From the NCBI GenBank assembly GCA_020137815.1, contig CM035350.1, positions 6,200,001 through 6,264,000 on the forward strand: a stretch of 64,000 nucleotides of DNA. Reading direction: 5' to 3'. This document shows, piece by piece, positions 49,427 to 62,204 of the stretch. Position 1 is the stretch's first letter, and each line of letters opens with the position of its first letter. This DNA comes from Hormiphora californensis (lineage: Eukaryota > Animalia > Ctenophora). The position numbers and the translations under genes are program-made. The notes under the pieces are model-generated. The model searched no databases. It worked only from the letters and a program-made list of their open reading frames with translations, and was not told where the DNA came from.

Positions 49427-50470
49427 ATGTTTTCGAGTTCTCATAATCCCAACAAAGATCACGAAGTTACTCAGCCGCCAAATGACAGCGTTTCTTCACT
49501 CTCTTTCTCTCCATCAGCCGACTTTCTGGTCGGAGGCAGCTGGGACAATTGTGTGCGATGTTGGGAGATCAAGCAGTCTGGATCAGTTGTACAATCAGAG
49601 CCCAAAGCAGAACAGCTGATGGCCGGCCCTATCCTTTCAACCTGCTGGTCAGGTGACGGGAGTAAAGTCTTTGCTGGTGGTTGTGATAAGAGCGTCAAGA
49701 TGTGGGATCTGAATTCAAACACCTTCACTCAGGTTGCTGCTCACGATCTGCCAGTGAAAACTGTCAACTGGGTTCAAGCACCCGGGTATCAGTGCATCAT
49801 GACAGGAAGTTGGGATAAGACCCTGAAATTCTGGGACACTCGCCAACAACAACCCATGATGACTATCAATTGCGAGGAACGTGTTTATGCCAGTGATGTT
49901 CAGTATCCTGCCGCTGTGGTCGTTCTTGCAGGACGGAAGGTGAAAGTTCTTTCTCTGGAGAACCAGCCCACCGTTCTACACACATCAGAACCACCCCTAC
50001 GGTACCAGCTCCGGGACATTTCAATTTTCAAAAAGGACGGCAAACCTGCCGGTTATGGTGTGTGTAGCATTGAGGGCCGGGCAGCTATTGAGCCCTTTGA
50101 CAACAACACAGCGAATAGTAAGGATAAGTTCACATTCAAGTGTCACCGTTCTGCGACCAGTGATCACAACAAGCCTCAGGAAATTTACTCGGTTAATGGA
50201 ATCAAGTTCCACCCGTCGTACGGTACCCTAGCAACAGTGGGAAGTGATGGCAAGTTTGCATTCTGGGACAAGGACGCCCGGACAAAGTTGAAGGGCAGCG
50301 AGCAACTGGACAACACCATCACGTGTTGTGATTTCAATCATAATGGCACCTACTTTGCATACGCAAGTTCGTATGACTGGAGCAAGGGACACTCCTTCCA
50401 CAATCCCCAGCAGAAGAATTACATCTTCGTGCGAGCGGTAAAAGATGAGCTAAAACCGAGAAAGAAATGA
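49427..50470 (+). CDS. RAE1: mRNA export factor RAE1 (WD40), intronless
   Basis: [37 protein letters not shown] and [10 protein letters not shown]. Confidence 0.96.
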   Translation: MFSSSHNPNKDHEVTQPPNDSVSSLSFSPSADFLVGGSWDNCVRCWEIKQSGSVVQSEPKAEQLMAGPILSTCWSGDGSKVFAGGCDKSVKMWDLNSNTFTQVAAHDLPVKTVNWVQAPGYQCIMTGSWDKTLKFWDTRQQQPMMTINCEERVYASDVQYPAAVVVLAGRKVKVLSLENQPTVLHTSEPPLRYQLRDISIFKKDGKPAGYGVCSIEGRAAIEPFDNNTANSKDKFTFKCHRSATSDHNKPQEIYSVNGIKFHPSYGTLATVGSDGKFAFWDKDARTKLKGSEQLDNTITCCDFNHNGTYFAYASSYDWSKGHSFHNPQQKNYIFVRAVKDELKPRKK

Positions 50471-50674
50471 GATGGGTTGAGTTGAATCAAATGAACAACA
50501 AGATAAAGAGTGATACTGAGAGACCGGTTGGGCTAAAGACATTACAGTTGTGATATTACACAATTCTATATTTCATCGATTTTTAAATGTTTGACATGCA
50601 ATAAATCGTTTATTACCTTTTTGTGTCTCTATTCCTCATATCTTTCTTACTCCTTTCTTTGTGTAGGGTGAGGG

Positions 50675-53600
50675 ATGGCAGAGCAGTTTGCAGCGCTCCT
50701 TGAGACCCTAGCAAGTCCGGACAATGATACGAGAAACAGGGGCGAGGCTCAGTACAACACCATCCCTGTAGAACAAAGGATAGACTTGCTGATTCAGTCA
50801 ATCGAAGGAGGGCCACAGGCAACCCTCCGATCTTTCGCTGCTATCCTACTTCGACGGTTACTTACCAGTAATTGGGATGTATTTGCGGCCTGCAACGACA
50901 CTGCTAAAGACGCTTTTAAAACATCACTCTTGAAGGTAATATTCCACTCCTCAATATGACGAGGTTGCTATATCGTTCTGCCCTACGGGGCAGAGTTTGG
51001 CACGCTATAACCTATCTTCACCACCACCACCACTTCTCACTATTTTCTTATAAACCTGATCCCCTCCAAAACTGATCCCCTCCCCCTTCCACCCAGATCC
51101 TCCAGCAAGAAAAGGACGAGAGTTGTCGGCGGAAGATATGTGACACAGTCTCTGAAGTTGCCCGGAATCTTCAGGACGAGGATGGTAACATGGGATGGGA
51201 TGACCTTCTCAAGTTTATGTTCCAGTGCTGCAAGTCAGGTGATCCACAGCTCATGGAGACTGCTCTCTCTATCCTGACCTCAGTTCCAGATATATTCGGA
51301 TCTGCCCAGGCGAGCTACATGGACCTCATCAAGGAGCTCCTCTTCATTTCCCTGAAAAACTCTGATCACCCTAACGTTCGGTTCTCGGCCGTCCGAGCGA
51401 CATGTGCATTCCTGAACCACGTGGGAGAGGATGATGCAAAGAAGCAGTTCTCTGCCTTTGTTGGACCTCTCCTGGAGGGTATTGAGGATTGCGTGGTGGC
51501 TGAAGATGACGATGGTCCGTTGAAGAGTCTGGTGGAACTGGCTGAAAACATGCCCAAATACCTGAGGCCAGGAGTGGACCGGTTAATTCCATTCTCCATC
51601 AAAGTCATTGCTGATACGGACATTGCTGATAACTGGAGGCAGCTTGTTCTGGAGTTGGTCGTGACGCTGTGTGAGTCGGCTCCCGCTATGATCAGGAAAA
51701 AGGTACAAAGATATAGTGAGACAAGAAACTACTACTATTTGGTATTGTTTCACATATTTAACATCACCCTTACTTCCTCAGGAACAATTTGTATCGCCCC
51801 TGGTTACACAGATTCTGAAGATGATGACCTGAGATTGATGATGAGGACTGATTGGGCTCAACAAGATGAAGCTGAGGATGTTGCTAGCGATGTAAGATCA
51901 CATTTTCACCACACGATAACTAACGTTACGGGTTACAATTTGTGGTGGTATTTCAGTCCATTGATCTAAACCACCTTCCTCTACTTTTCAGGAAAACTCA
52001 GGTGGCAGCAGAGGCCGCTCTGGATCGGTTGGCGTGTGCCCTCGGAGGAAAGGTAGTTCTTCCCTCACATCCTGGAAGCGACCTCACCCATGCTGAAATC
52101 GGAACAATGGCAGTACCGGTATGCAGGTCTCATGGCAGGTCAGTGCGTGTGGTGAGGGATGTAAGAAAACCATGGAAGGATTCCTCTCACAGATTGCGTT
52201 GGGATGTTTGCCCTATCTTCAAGATCCCCATCCGCGTGTTCGGTTCGCGTGTTGTAACGCTCTCGGCCAGATGTCAACAGATTTCGCTCCTACCTTCCAA
52301 AAGAAACTCCACGCTGAAGTCCTCCCTGCCCTAATGAGGCTATTGGATGATGACGGTAATCCTCGTGTCCAGGGTCACGCTGGTGCTGCTCTGGTGAACT
52401 TCTTCGACGAGTGCCCCCAGAGTATCATCCTACCCTACCTGGGGTCTCTGTGCCAGAAAATGCAGGCCGTACTAGGCAGTAAGACCATGGAACTTGCCAG
52501 CACTAACAGGAAACTCGTCCTGGAACAAATCATTACAACGATAGCAACCATTGCAGATACTGCATCAAGTCACTTTGCCCCCTACTACGGGATGTTCATG
52601 CCAAATCTTAAGTTCATCATGCAAAATGCCCACAGCTCCGAGCTTCGATTACTCCGAGGTAAGACCATCGAGAGTATTTCTCTGATTGGTCTGGCTGTAG
52701 GTAAGGAGGTATTTTACTCCGATGCAGCTGAGATTATGGACATGTTACTGAAAGCCCAGACAGACGAGGGCGAGGAATTGGAGGCAGACGACCCTCAGGT
52801 CTCCTACATGATATCTGCCTGGGCGAGGATGTGCAAGATCATTGGATCACAATTTACAGCTTATCTACCCGTTGTCATGCCTCCCTTGCTCAGGGCTGCC
52901 CAGATCAAGCCGGAGATAGCGGTGGTGGACCCAGATGAGACCCCACTCGATGAGGAGGACGGGTGGGAGTTCCTGCCCCTATCAGATCAGCAGATATTTG
53001 GGGTGAAAACAGCAGGGCTCGAAGACAAAAACACTGCCTGTCAGATGTTAGTGTGCTATGCTCGGGAACTAAAGGAGGGATTCTCGGAGTACACGGAACA
53101 AGTAGTCAAGATCATGGTTCCTCTGCTCAAGTTTTATTTCCATGATTTGATTCGATCTGCGGCCGCTGAATCACTTCCCTACCTGCTGGAAAGTGTGAAA
53201 CACAAGGTAATTATACCCAGTGTTATACAATGTTCAATGTTCACCACTAATCATCCCCCTGAGTCAGGTCCCTGACCTTCACTGTTTCAGGGCGAGGATT
53301 ACGTGAGAGAGATGTGGAACTACATTTGCCCTGATTTGTTCAAGGCCCTCCAGACTGAAATGGAACCTGAAATCCTTGCTGTCATTATGGAGAGTGTAGC
53401 GGCGTGTGTAGAGGTAATATATACCTTGTTATTGAATATATATTCAATATTAATTCCAGTTAAATTGCATGATTGTTTTAAACTAACGCTACAATACCCC
53501 TCAGACGCTAGGTGTTGGGTTTATTGACAGCACCCAGATGGAACAACTCACTGAGGCCCTCCGCAAGCAACTCAAGAAGAATTACGACAAGGAGGAGGAG

Positions 53601-54476
53601 AGGAAGAAGGCACGGAAGGATGAGGACTATGATGAGGAAGTGGAGCAGACCATTGAGGAGGAGCTCGATCAGGATGATTATCTGTTAGGAAAAGTGTCAG
53701 ATATCATCCACAACTTGTTTGGAGTTTACGGAGAAGATTTTGTGCAGATATTCGATAGTCTGACGGAGTATTTCGTGGCCATGTTGGCACCTGATCGACC
53801 CAGTCTGGAACACCAGTGGGCTATCTGTGTGTTCGATGATCTTATTGATTATGCCCCCAACTCAGTTCACAAGTACCAGCACCATTTCCTGAAAGAACTC
53901 ATGGAGTTCCTTACGGACAGCAGTCCAGGGGTGAGGCAGGCGGCTGCGTACGGTGTGGGCGCTCTAGCAGTCAAATTCCCCGGTCCTGACTCTCCTTATA
54001 AGGCATTTTGCCAGAGTTGTATTCCCCGACTAGTTAACGTGATCCAGGGGTCCACCAGTCGCGAGGAGGATAATGTCACCGCCACGGAGAACTGCATTTC
54101 AGCTATTACAAAGATTTTCAAATACATCATCCTAGCGGAGAACCTGGACGAGGCGACATTGTTGACGTGGTTCAGGTGGCTACCAATTCAGGAGGACGAG
54201 GAGGAGGGGGTTCACATTTACAACTTCCTCCTCGACCTGGTGGAGGCTAACAACCAATATTTGTTGGGCTCTGATAACAGCAATGTCAGGGATATCGTGA
54301 TGGTCCTGGCGGAGGGGATCATCAACAAGACAATACGAGCAGAGGAGGAACCTGAGCTGATGAGCCGAGTTGAAGCTTTCTTTAGGTCCCTACAAGCTAA
54401 TGAACAGTTGTGGGCGGGCATTGTCTCCCAAATACCAGATACTCACAAGGTGCTTCTATCTGGTCAACCTACCTAA
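50675..54476 (+). CDS. IPO5: Importin-5 (karyopherin beta-3), multi-exon
   Basis: [52 protein letters not shown] and PLLKFYFHD. About six exons with a few frameshifts. Confidence 0.95.
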
Positions 54477-54902
54477 CAGGAGAGGGGCAACTTTTTCTTA
54501 TTGTGTCTTGTGTCTTATGTCAGGTTTTACGCCCCTTACTAAAAGGTCAGCGAGAAATAGCCTGCTTGAATCGACTGGGTGTGTGTGTGTGTGTGTTTAG
54601 TATGTGAGATTGTTTTTATCCCTTTTTGTGTGTTTTTCGTGCTCAGAATATTCAATATCATGTTGTTCTGAGTCAGAATGTGCAAAAGAGAGAAAGTTAT
54701 TAGAGTTTTTAGATTTAATGACCTGGTAGTATGTTCTAAGTTATTGATCCGAACTATACTGTGTTTAATTTATTTTCCCCTCCAGTTTCCTTGACCCTTG
54801 TTCCAACCCCTATCTACCCCCATTTACTTAGCTTATCGTCAAATACTAACTCCTTACCCCAACTCGCAACCTATACAACTATTTCTTCCCTTTTTAGGCA
54901 GT

Positions 54903-56028
54903 ATGACAAGGTTATTAACCCGAGCACTAATAATTCGAGGGGTACTACTGCTTCTACAATACCTTACAACATCCCTCATCCCCCACTACGACACTTCGGC
55001 CGCTGAGGCATACCCTGACTGTCCGAATTGGGCCAAACTGGGGGTGGGCAACTGGGATGCCGTCTATTACACTCATCTCGCCCAACAAGGCCATTTGGGC
55101 TATGAGAAGTTCGGGGCATTCTTACCACTATATCCATGGCTACTGGAACAGTTATCCATGATGCCGTGTTCCATGCTTGTGTTGGGCACCTTTCTAAACA
55201 ATGTGTTGTTTCTCCTAAACACTCTACTAATCAAACAATTAGCCCTTTCCCATGGTCCTCTCCCCCGCTAAATCGGACCAGGCTGCTCTCCTCTTCGCCC
55301 TCAACCCTGCCTCCATATTCATGGGCGTGCTCTACACAGAATCCCTGTTCTGTTTCCTCGTAACGATTGGGTTTCTACTTAGAGCTAAACACTCGTTCCT
55401 CGCAGCCATCCCCTTTGCGTTGTCGGCCGGTATCCGAAGTAACGGTGCGGTCTATGCGGCATTCTTCCTCTGTGACGAGTTTGTAACAATATTTACTACA
55501 CACCACCTCTCTCTAACCAGATTTCTCAAAACTACACTTAGTGTAGCTCTTGTGCCCCTTCCTTTTCTCCTCTTTCAGCGAGATTTTGCCTCCCTGCACT
55601 GTGTCGGTGAAACGTTACCCGACTGGTGCACCAGCGGCTTTTCCTACGGTTACATTCAGCGGCACTACTGGGGAAATGGGCCCTTCCTATATTGGGAACT
55701 CAAACAACTTCCCAACTTCCTACTTGCTGCACCAATGTTACTGTTAGTTGGAGTTTTAACTGTCCAGTATTTGCGGCGACACAGCTCCTTGTCAGACTTG
55801 GTTACCAGGGAAACAGTTGGATATGGTCACGTGACTTGTCTAGCGGTGATAGCATTGGTGAACATGAACGTCCAGGTCGTTACCAGGTTCCTCTGTTCCA
55901 GCTGTCCACTGTTGTTCCTTTACTGCACCGGACTTGGAAACCCTGGGATAGGCTGATTTTGGCATACTTTTGTGCGTACGCCACAACTGGTACTAGTTCT
56001 TTTTTCTACTTTTTATCCTTGGACATGA
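54903..56028 (+). CDS. PIGV: GPI mannosyltransferase 2
   Basis: NWDAVYY, AFLPLYP, NPASIF, YTESLF, RSNG, YIQRHYW, QLPNFLLA, VQVVTRF and terminal PWT. Frameshifted. Confidence 0.92.
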
Positions 56029-56146
56029 GCTGTATTTTGATAGAATTTTGTTAATGTTTTGGGAATTATTTTCTTATCTGCGTGTCGTTATTATCATCTT
56101 ATACCCTAGGTCTCGTTTTGCCCAATTTGCTATCTTCCCTAGCATC

Positions 56147-56536
56147 ATGAGCGATTTAACGAGCGTGTTACGGGAAACATTGGAACGCCAGGGAGTGCTA
56201 GACGAGATCAAGGGACGGGTCAGGGCGGAGGTATTCAAAGCCCTGGAAGATAGAACAATTGAGCGGCCAAAACTTCCATCAGAAAACATTTTGATTAACG
56301 AGTTGATTAGGGAGTATTTGGAGTTTAACGGCTACCACCATACCCTCTCAACATTGCTTCATGAGACGAAACAGCCACAACAACCACTAGACAAGGAGTT
56401 CCTGAGATCAGAGTTGAGGTTGTCAGTGCAGCCGAGTAATGTTCCACTTCTTTATGGCATGGTATCACACCTTGCCGAGCCTGAGCAGGAAGAGTCGGAG
56501 ACAAGACAACCACTCGTCACCATCGTCCGGAAATGA
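56147..56536 (+). CDS. FOPNL: LisH centrosomal protein FOPNL/CEP20
   Basis: LRETLERQGVLDEIKGRVRAEVFKAL, LINELIREYLEFNGY and VPLLYGMV. Confidence 0.9.
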   Translation: MSDLTSVLRETLERQGVLDEIKGRVRAEVFKALEDRTIERPKLPSENILINELIREYLEFNGYHHTLSTLLHETKQPQQPLDKEFLRSELRLSVQPSNVPLLYGMVSHLAEPEQEESETRQPLVTIVRK

Positions 56537-56898
56537 GCAACTTAAAATGGCGTGTATATTATCCCCTTCATCCCTGCATGCAGACCATGACCAGACGAAT
56601 ATTTGTGTATAGTATGACTTTGTAAATATTGTTTAACTTTTTTCGTTAGTAAAATGATATCACATGTCGACTACAATTGTAATACATGTTTGCCTCCCAT
56701 CTTTAGTAATCATAGCGGATGGTTAAAGGAATATGTAAATCGATCCTATCGAGCACCATCCCAAACCATCTCTCCAGTCCAAATTCTCCGAGCTACTCTC
56801 CCGGAGGAACACTAAAATAGCAGCTGGTTGTACATTGTTTGTTCTCCACGCATTTACCGCATACCTCTACCTATTCTCAGACTCAGCCCCTCAATTCA

Positions 56899-57151
56899 AT
56901 GGCCCGGGGTTACACGGACCGAAGTTACAAACACTACCTGCCCCGATCATTTCTGGAACGGTTCCACGTTCAGATACAGACGATTGACGGGCGGAACATG
57001 TTAACGATTCTAGTATTTGGGATTGCGGTGGCTGTACTACCGACATACTACAAATGGAGAGAGGTGGGGAGGAGAGAGTTCATGAGGACGAGAGGATAGG
57101 AAGGTCGAAAATGCAATTGCTTCTATGAGAGCTGAAGAGGAAGAGAAGTAG
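56899..57151 (+). CDS. Small single-pass membrane protein, unidentified
   Basis: Acceptor-like TTCTCAG before the ATG and one hydrophobic segment followed by a charged tail. The 3' end is uncertain because of a possible frameshift. Confidence 0.5.
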
Positions 57152-57495
57152 AAGATAAACTGGGTAATTTATTAAGTTTATTAAGAAAGGGCGACCGCAG
57201 ATTTTGCGACTATGCACAAGATTTGTAAAAAGTGTTACATTCAACTTAGTTTGAGGTCAAGTCACGATTCTATTCATTAAATGACTAGCTTTTCGCACGC
57301 TAAGAAATCTAGCAAATATTGTTAGTGTCTGCCATTCCTAACAGTGCCAATCTGGGCAGCGAAACCTGCGGCCGCCCACCCTCCATTTGTACTGTTCTCA
57401 TTACTGTTTAGTGTTTGTTTTCCCTTGTTTTCTATCACTGTTCTTTCCTTTTTAAGCATTCTTTAAACTAACACCATTCCCCTCAATTAGGCGAA

Positions 57496-59014
57496 ATGAA
57501 GTCAGTTGTTTTCATCGCTCCAGGGTTTGAGGAGATAGAGTTTGTTAGCCCAGTGGATATTCTAAGAAGGGGAGGCGTGGAGGTCACTGTTGTCAGCCTT
57601 CAGGGTAAGTGTGATTCTCTTAAAACATTCATTCGACAAATGAAGTATGAACGTTTGTAGACTGGCGCGTTATCAAGTTGGCTGTTCCCAGCGCGAGCTG
57701 GGGACAGCCAACTGGAGTTTAATCGCCCGGCAGGGCGATTAAACTGGTTTAAATCCCGACGCCGATCCCGAGGCGCCAGCCGAGGGTGAGGGGGAGGTGA
57801 TTTAAACCTATAACGCGATAGGCTAACAAACGTTCATATTTTATGAAACCCGATAGTAATTACACACAAATAAGAGACACAATATAAGGTGAAACACACT
57901 AGGACTGCTGGCAATTAGTCAACAGACACCGTGAAAATGTGTGTAGACTTAGTGTCTACTGTTCCTAACATGTTTGAGAAAGAGAGAGAAAGATTAGGGG
58001 CAATACACACTGTCAGAGGTAGTGAACAGTAAAAGAGGCAATGAGAGAGAGAAATGAATGGAATGTGATTCTTTTCACTCCTTATGAGAGAGATAACATT
58101 GAAACGTGTTGCAGAGATGTTTCCCCTTTCTTTTGTTGACAGAACTGTGTGTTTACACACATTTTCAATACTTAGAATTTTACACGCATGTTATTCAAAT
58201 GAAGAGAAACGCGTGAAAGAGGGAACTGGTCTGTCAAACTGCGAGAAGGGTGTTATATCTCCCAGCTGGCGGTTATCATGTGCGCGCAAATTCTTCAAAC
58301 GACCGATAAATCAGCTATCGGGTTTCATAGATAGATAGTTACACAGTTCTATTACCAGTTTTCTCCCTCAGATGCTGTCGAGCCAGTGGTCGGTAGGAAT
58401 GGTATCTCCATCTCACCCAACTGTCTTGTTAGTGATCTACCCGCTGATTCCCTCTGTGATCTTGTCTGGTTGCCCGGTGGACTGAAGGCTGCGGAGGCAT
58501 TTGCAGCCTCACAATTTGTCCGGGACTACTTCCACCGTCACAACGAGGCTGGAAAACTGGTTGCTGCTATTTGTGCTTCGCCTGCTGTTGCCTTCAAGTG
58601 AGTATGACACTATCTTACGTACTGCTTTTTGACAACCAGTTTAGATAATAACTGGGATAACTTCGATTTACATAATCATTATTTTGCTCTTAGTGCGTTC
58701 AAGTTGAACCCTGGAAAGAAGTTGACGTGTTATCCCGCCCTCGCTGTCCGACTGGATGGAAACTACAGTTACTCAACTGACCAAGTCGTAGTGGATGGAA
58801 ATATGGTAAGTGTGAATTATGAAGCTGTGTTTGGGTCCAGATAATTGGCATTTGGCAGCGAAACACTCACATAATATCCTATTCCAACTCTTTCCTTCAG
58901 ATCACATCGCAAGGCCCAGGGACTGCTTTTCCGTTTGGTTTCCAGCTTCTAGAGAGTCTCAAGGGAAAGGAAACAGCTGATAAGATAGCTGCGGACATGC
59001 TTTACAAGAGATGA
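57496..59014 (+). CDS. PARK7: DJ-1/PfpI family protein
   Basis: APGFEEIE, VDILRRGG, LPGG, AAICASP and ITSQGPGTA. Four GT-AG exons. Confidence 0.92.
57646..58329. mobile_element. Multi-hairpin non-autonomous element in DJ-1 intron 1 (Crypton-like, tentative)
   Basis: Nested inverted repeats at 57646..57838, plus the IR pair TATGAAACCCGATAG (57842..57856) / CTATCGGGTTTCATA (58315..58329). Confidence 0.6.
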
Positions 59015-59360
59015 ACAATCGTTTAGTGAAACACAACTTCATCCTTTATTCCTCCCTACATTCCACCTTCCCATCTTCCCTCCTCCAGCCATTCCTGATT
59101 TCCTTCTCCTCCTCCTCCCTAGTTCTCTATCCTCCCTCACTTTCTCACATACGTGTCTGTTTTGAAGAAAATCCTACGGGTGATCCACGTACGTTTAATA
59201 GCTTTGTAAATTATTGTTGATGTAAAAAAGTGAATGAAGATTTTTGTTTGACCCCTCTTTTAAATTGATGCCTCTTTCAGGTTCCCTTCCTCCCTCTCCC
59301 TCCCCCAGCAGCTTGTCCACATTCCTTTCCTCCTACCTCCCTATAACTGCCTATAATAGC

Positions 59361-60380
59361 ATGGTGGAGAGAAGACGACGGAGTGAGAGTCCCCGACCAG
59401 CCCGGTACCAATCGGATGATGATGATTCTAACAAGAGAAGGAAGGTATCACATATCCTGAAAATGCTGTGCCCCTACTACGCAGCTGGAGCGGTCATTGG
59501 AAAAGGCGGTGAGAGGATCAAAGAGGTGATTGATAGATCTGGATCGAATATTGAAATATCTCGATACGATGCCCGTTTTCCCAGCACTGATGACCGCGTG
59601 GTATCCATCGAGGGTGAAAGAGATGAGCTTCAGGCAGCAAGTCGGTTGATTCTGGAAAACATGAGAGATGTTGAGGCGACCCAAGAGGGGGGAGGATCCT
59701 CCTCCCGTAGTCAACGAGAACGGGAAACCTACAGACGGAGATGCTGCAAAATTCTTGTCTCTGATTCGGCCATGGCAATGATCATTGGTAAAGGTGGAGA
59801 GAATGTCAGGGATATTAAAAAGGAGTACGGAGTACAGATCAACACCTCCCGAAGGAGTGAGACGCCCCGGGAGTTGGATGAGCGGATTGTAACCATTGAG
59901 GGAGATGATCGTGATGTAGACAGGTGTCTCGATGAGCTGGTCTGCCAGATTTGCACCGATGACCGATCTCACATGAAGTTCTTTGTCGACTACGCCGAGT
60001 TCAAATATTTCCGTCCCCGTCGTGGATCTCCCCCTCCCTTCCACAGGGGTGGTGGAGGAGGACGAGGTGGCAGGTCCCCATCTCCCCGAGGAGGAGGAGG
60101 AGGTGCTGGTGGTGGAAGACGGTTCCGCCGCTCTCCCTCCTTTGATCGAGGTGGTGGTGGTGGTGGCCGGAGAGGTTCCCCTCCTCCTCGTGGATCCAGA
60201 AGAAGTCCATCACCCAACGGAGAACGTAGAGGCGGTAGGAGGTCCATGTCACCCATTGAACGTCGTAGAGGCAGGTCTCCCTCTCCAATGGAACGTCGAC
60301 GAGGCAGGTCTCCCTCTCCTATGGAACGTGCTAGGCCCAGACGTCGCACTCGCTCTCCCACCAGGTCAAGATCTCGATAG
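59361..60380 (+). CDS. Two-KH-domain (Nova/PCBP-type) protein with RS/SP tail
   Basis: AGAVIGKGG and AMIIGKGG KH loops, with C-terminal RRGRSPSP repeats. Confidence 0.88.
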   Translation: MVERRRRSESPRPARYQSDDDDSNKRRKVSHILKMLCPYYAAGAVIGKGGERIKEVIDRSGSNIEISRYDARFPSTDDRVVSIEGERDELQAASRLILENMRDVEATQEGGGSSSRSQRERETYRRRCCKILVSDSAMAMIIGKGGENVRDIKKEYGVQINTSRRSETPRELDERIVTIEGDDRDVDRCLDELVCQICTDDRSHMKFFVDYAEFKYFRPRRGSPPPFHRGGGGGRGGRSPSPRGGGGGAGGGRRFRRSPSFDRGGGGGGRRGSPPPRGSRRSPSPNGERRGGRRSMSPIERRRGRSPSPMERRRGRSPSPMERARPRRRTRSPTRSRSR

Positions 60381-60781
60381 AGAGTGGGAACTGGGAAGGA
60401 ACAAATGCTGTTTGTCTAATAATACACTATATTATGAAATGATTTGAGTGTGAAAGGAGTGATTGTTTGAAACTGTGAGTGCTAACTTGTGTCGAATCCT
60501 AGTGCAGTGTGGGTGTGTGGATATGCGTGTTCGAAATTTAAATACCACTTTACATAACAATGATCCCCTGTATGTTGTAATCTATCTTATTTCTTTAATT
60601 TGTTTGTTTTCTTTTTCTTTGTCCAATCTGGCTGGCTGGCCTTGACCTAACCTCCCTATTTCTGGCCTTACCGGCATTGTTGACTGTCTTTTCTCAACCC
60701 CATACTCGTGTCCATGGTAACTCCCTCCTCTGTCCTAAATTAGACAGTCTCTAATCCCCTTCCTGTCCTTTAGCAATAGTC

Positions 60782-61877
60782 ATGGGCGACCGCAAGCGAG
60801 GTCCTGATAACAATGACTCCGGTCCACGAAAAGAAATGCGCTCGGGCACCATAGTAAAAATGCTCTGTCCATTCTATAGTGCGGGTGCTGTTATCGGCGA
60901 TGGCGGCAGTGAGATCAAGAGCATTAAGGAGGGCATGGGTCTGAGCATTCAGGTCTCCAAAAAAGAGGTCCGATTCCCCAATACGGATGAACGTGTGATC
61001 ACCCTTCAGGGAGAGTGCGAGAACCTTAAGAAGGCCGTCCGGCATATCCAGGAGCTGATCAGGAACGATAAACCTCCCCCGAGTGCCAAGAGTGTTGATG
61101 TGGAGGGCAACGAGAAGAGGAAGAGATCCCTGAAACTTGTTGTCGCGGATACCTCTGCCGGAAGGATCATCGGCAAGGTGGCGAGAGCATCAAGGCCCTA
61201 AAAGATAAATTCGCTGTTGCCGTGAATACTAGCAAGAAGTCGGAAACCCCGCCCTCCCTGGACGAGAGGATTGTGAGCGTGGAGGGAGAAGCCGAGGAGG
61301 TGTACAAGTGCATTGATGACATCCTGGAGACGATATGCACTGACCGACAGGCCAAGATGCAGTGGTTTGTGGAGTACAACAACCTGTCCAGTGGAGGTTA
61401 CGAGGACCGTGCCGGTGGGTACGATAATGGCCGAGGGTATGGCGGAGGAAGTGGTTATAGCAGCGGTGGTGGTTATGGAGGTAGCGGTGGTTATGGCCCG
61501 CCCGGTGGATACGGTCCCCCCAGTGGTTACCGTGGCAGCTATGGAGGTAAGATACATGATACGGGGGGGGGGGGGGGGGGGTAAACTAACAATTAGACTT
61601 TCTCACATTTTACTATTATACCAGGTATACCCCAGTTCATAACACCCACTCCCCTGCAGGTGGCGGCTATGGTGGCGGCTATGGCGGTAGTGGTGGCGGT
61701 TATGGCGGTAGCTATGGTGGTAGCTATGGCGACTACCCGCCTCCTCCTCGATCAAGTGGCGGTGGATACGGAGACCGTGGGTACGGTAGCAGCGGAGGTG
61801 GCGGACACCGAAGCTCCTCTGGCTCGGACAGTTACCATGGTCGATATAGCAGTAGTGGAGGTTACGGCCGTCGCTAG
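60782..61877 (+). CDS. Paralogous two-KH-domain protein with GY-rich tail
   Basis: AGAVIGDGG and AGRIIGKGG, one frameshift near 61180, intron 61547..61659 and GYGG repeats. Confidence 0.85.
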
Positions 61878-62204
61878 AGAGAGAGTGTGAGAGAGAGATC
61901 GAACCAGAGAGTGTGAACAGAAAAGAGATATATAACGAGAGAGTGAAGTTTAGATGCGTGAGACAAAAACAACTGGCTGACGGCTATTTTATTTTCCTTA
62001 ACTTCCCATTGACGCTAGATGTAAGCATTGATTTTGCTCTAATTTACTTACGTATATATATTTAAGTTGCGAGCTCTTGTTCATGTCTCTCTAAAACCCG
62101 GCCCTAGGTAAACTAAGTCTCCTCCATTGAGCAGTACAACCCTTCAGGGCACCATAAAAAATCCTCAAATGATAATATCTAACAATTCCCCCTCCCTCTA
62201 TAGC

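Noticed and set aside
50675-56028. Frameshifts in IPO5 and PIGV (also the LGR, GT31, zinc-finger, GPx, RhoGAP, KH2 and NTPase genes) as pseudogenisation or programmed frameshifting
   Set aside because: Single-base indels are scattered through many otherwise conserved housekeeping genes, so sequencing or assembly error is the simplest explanation.
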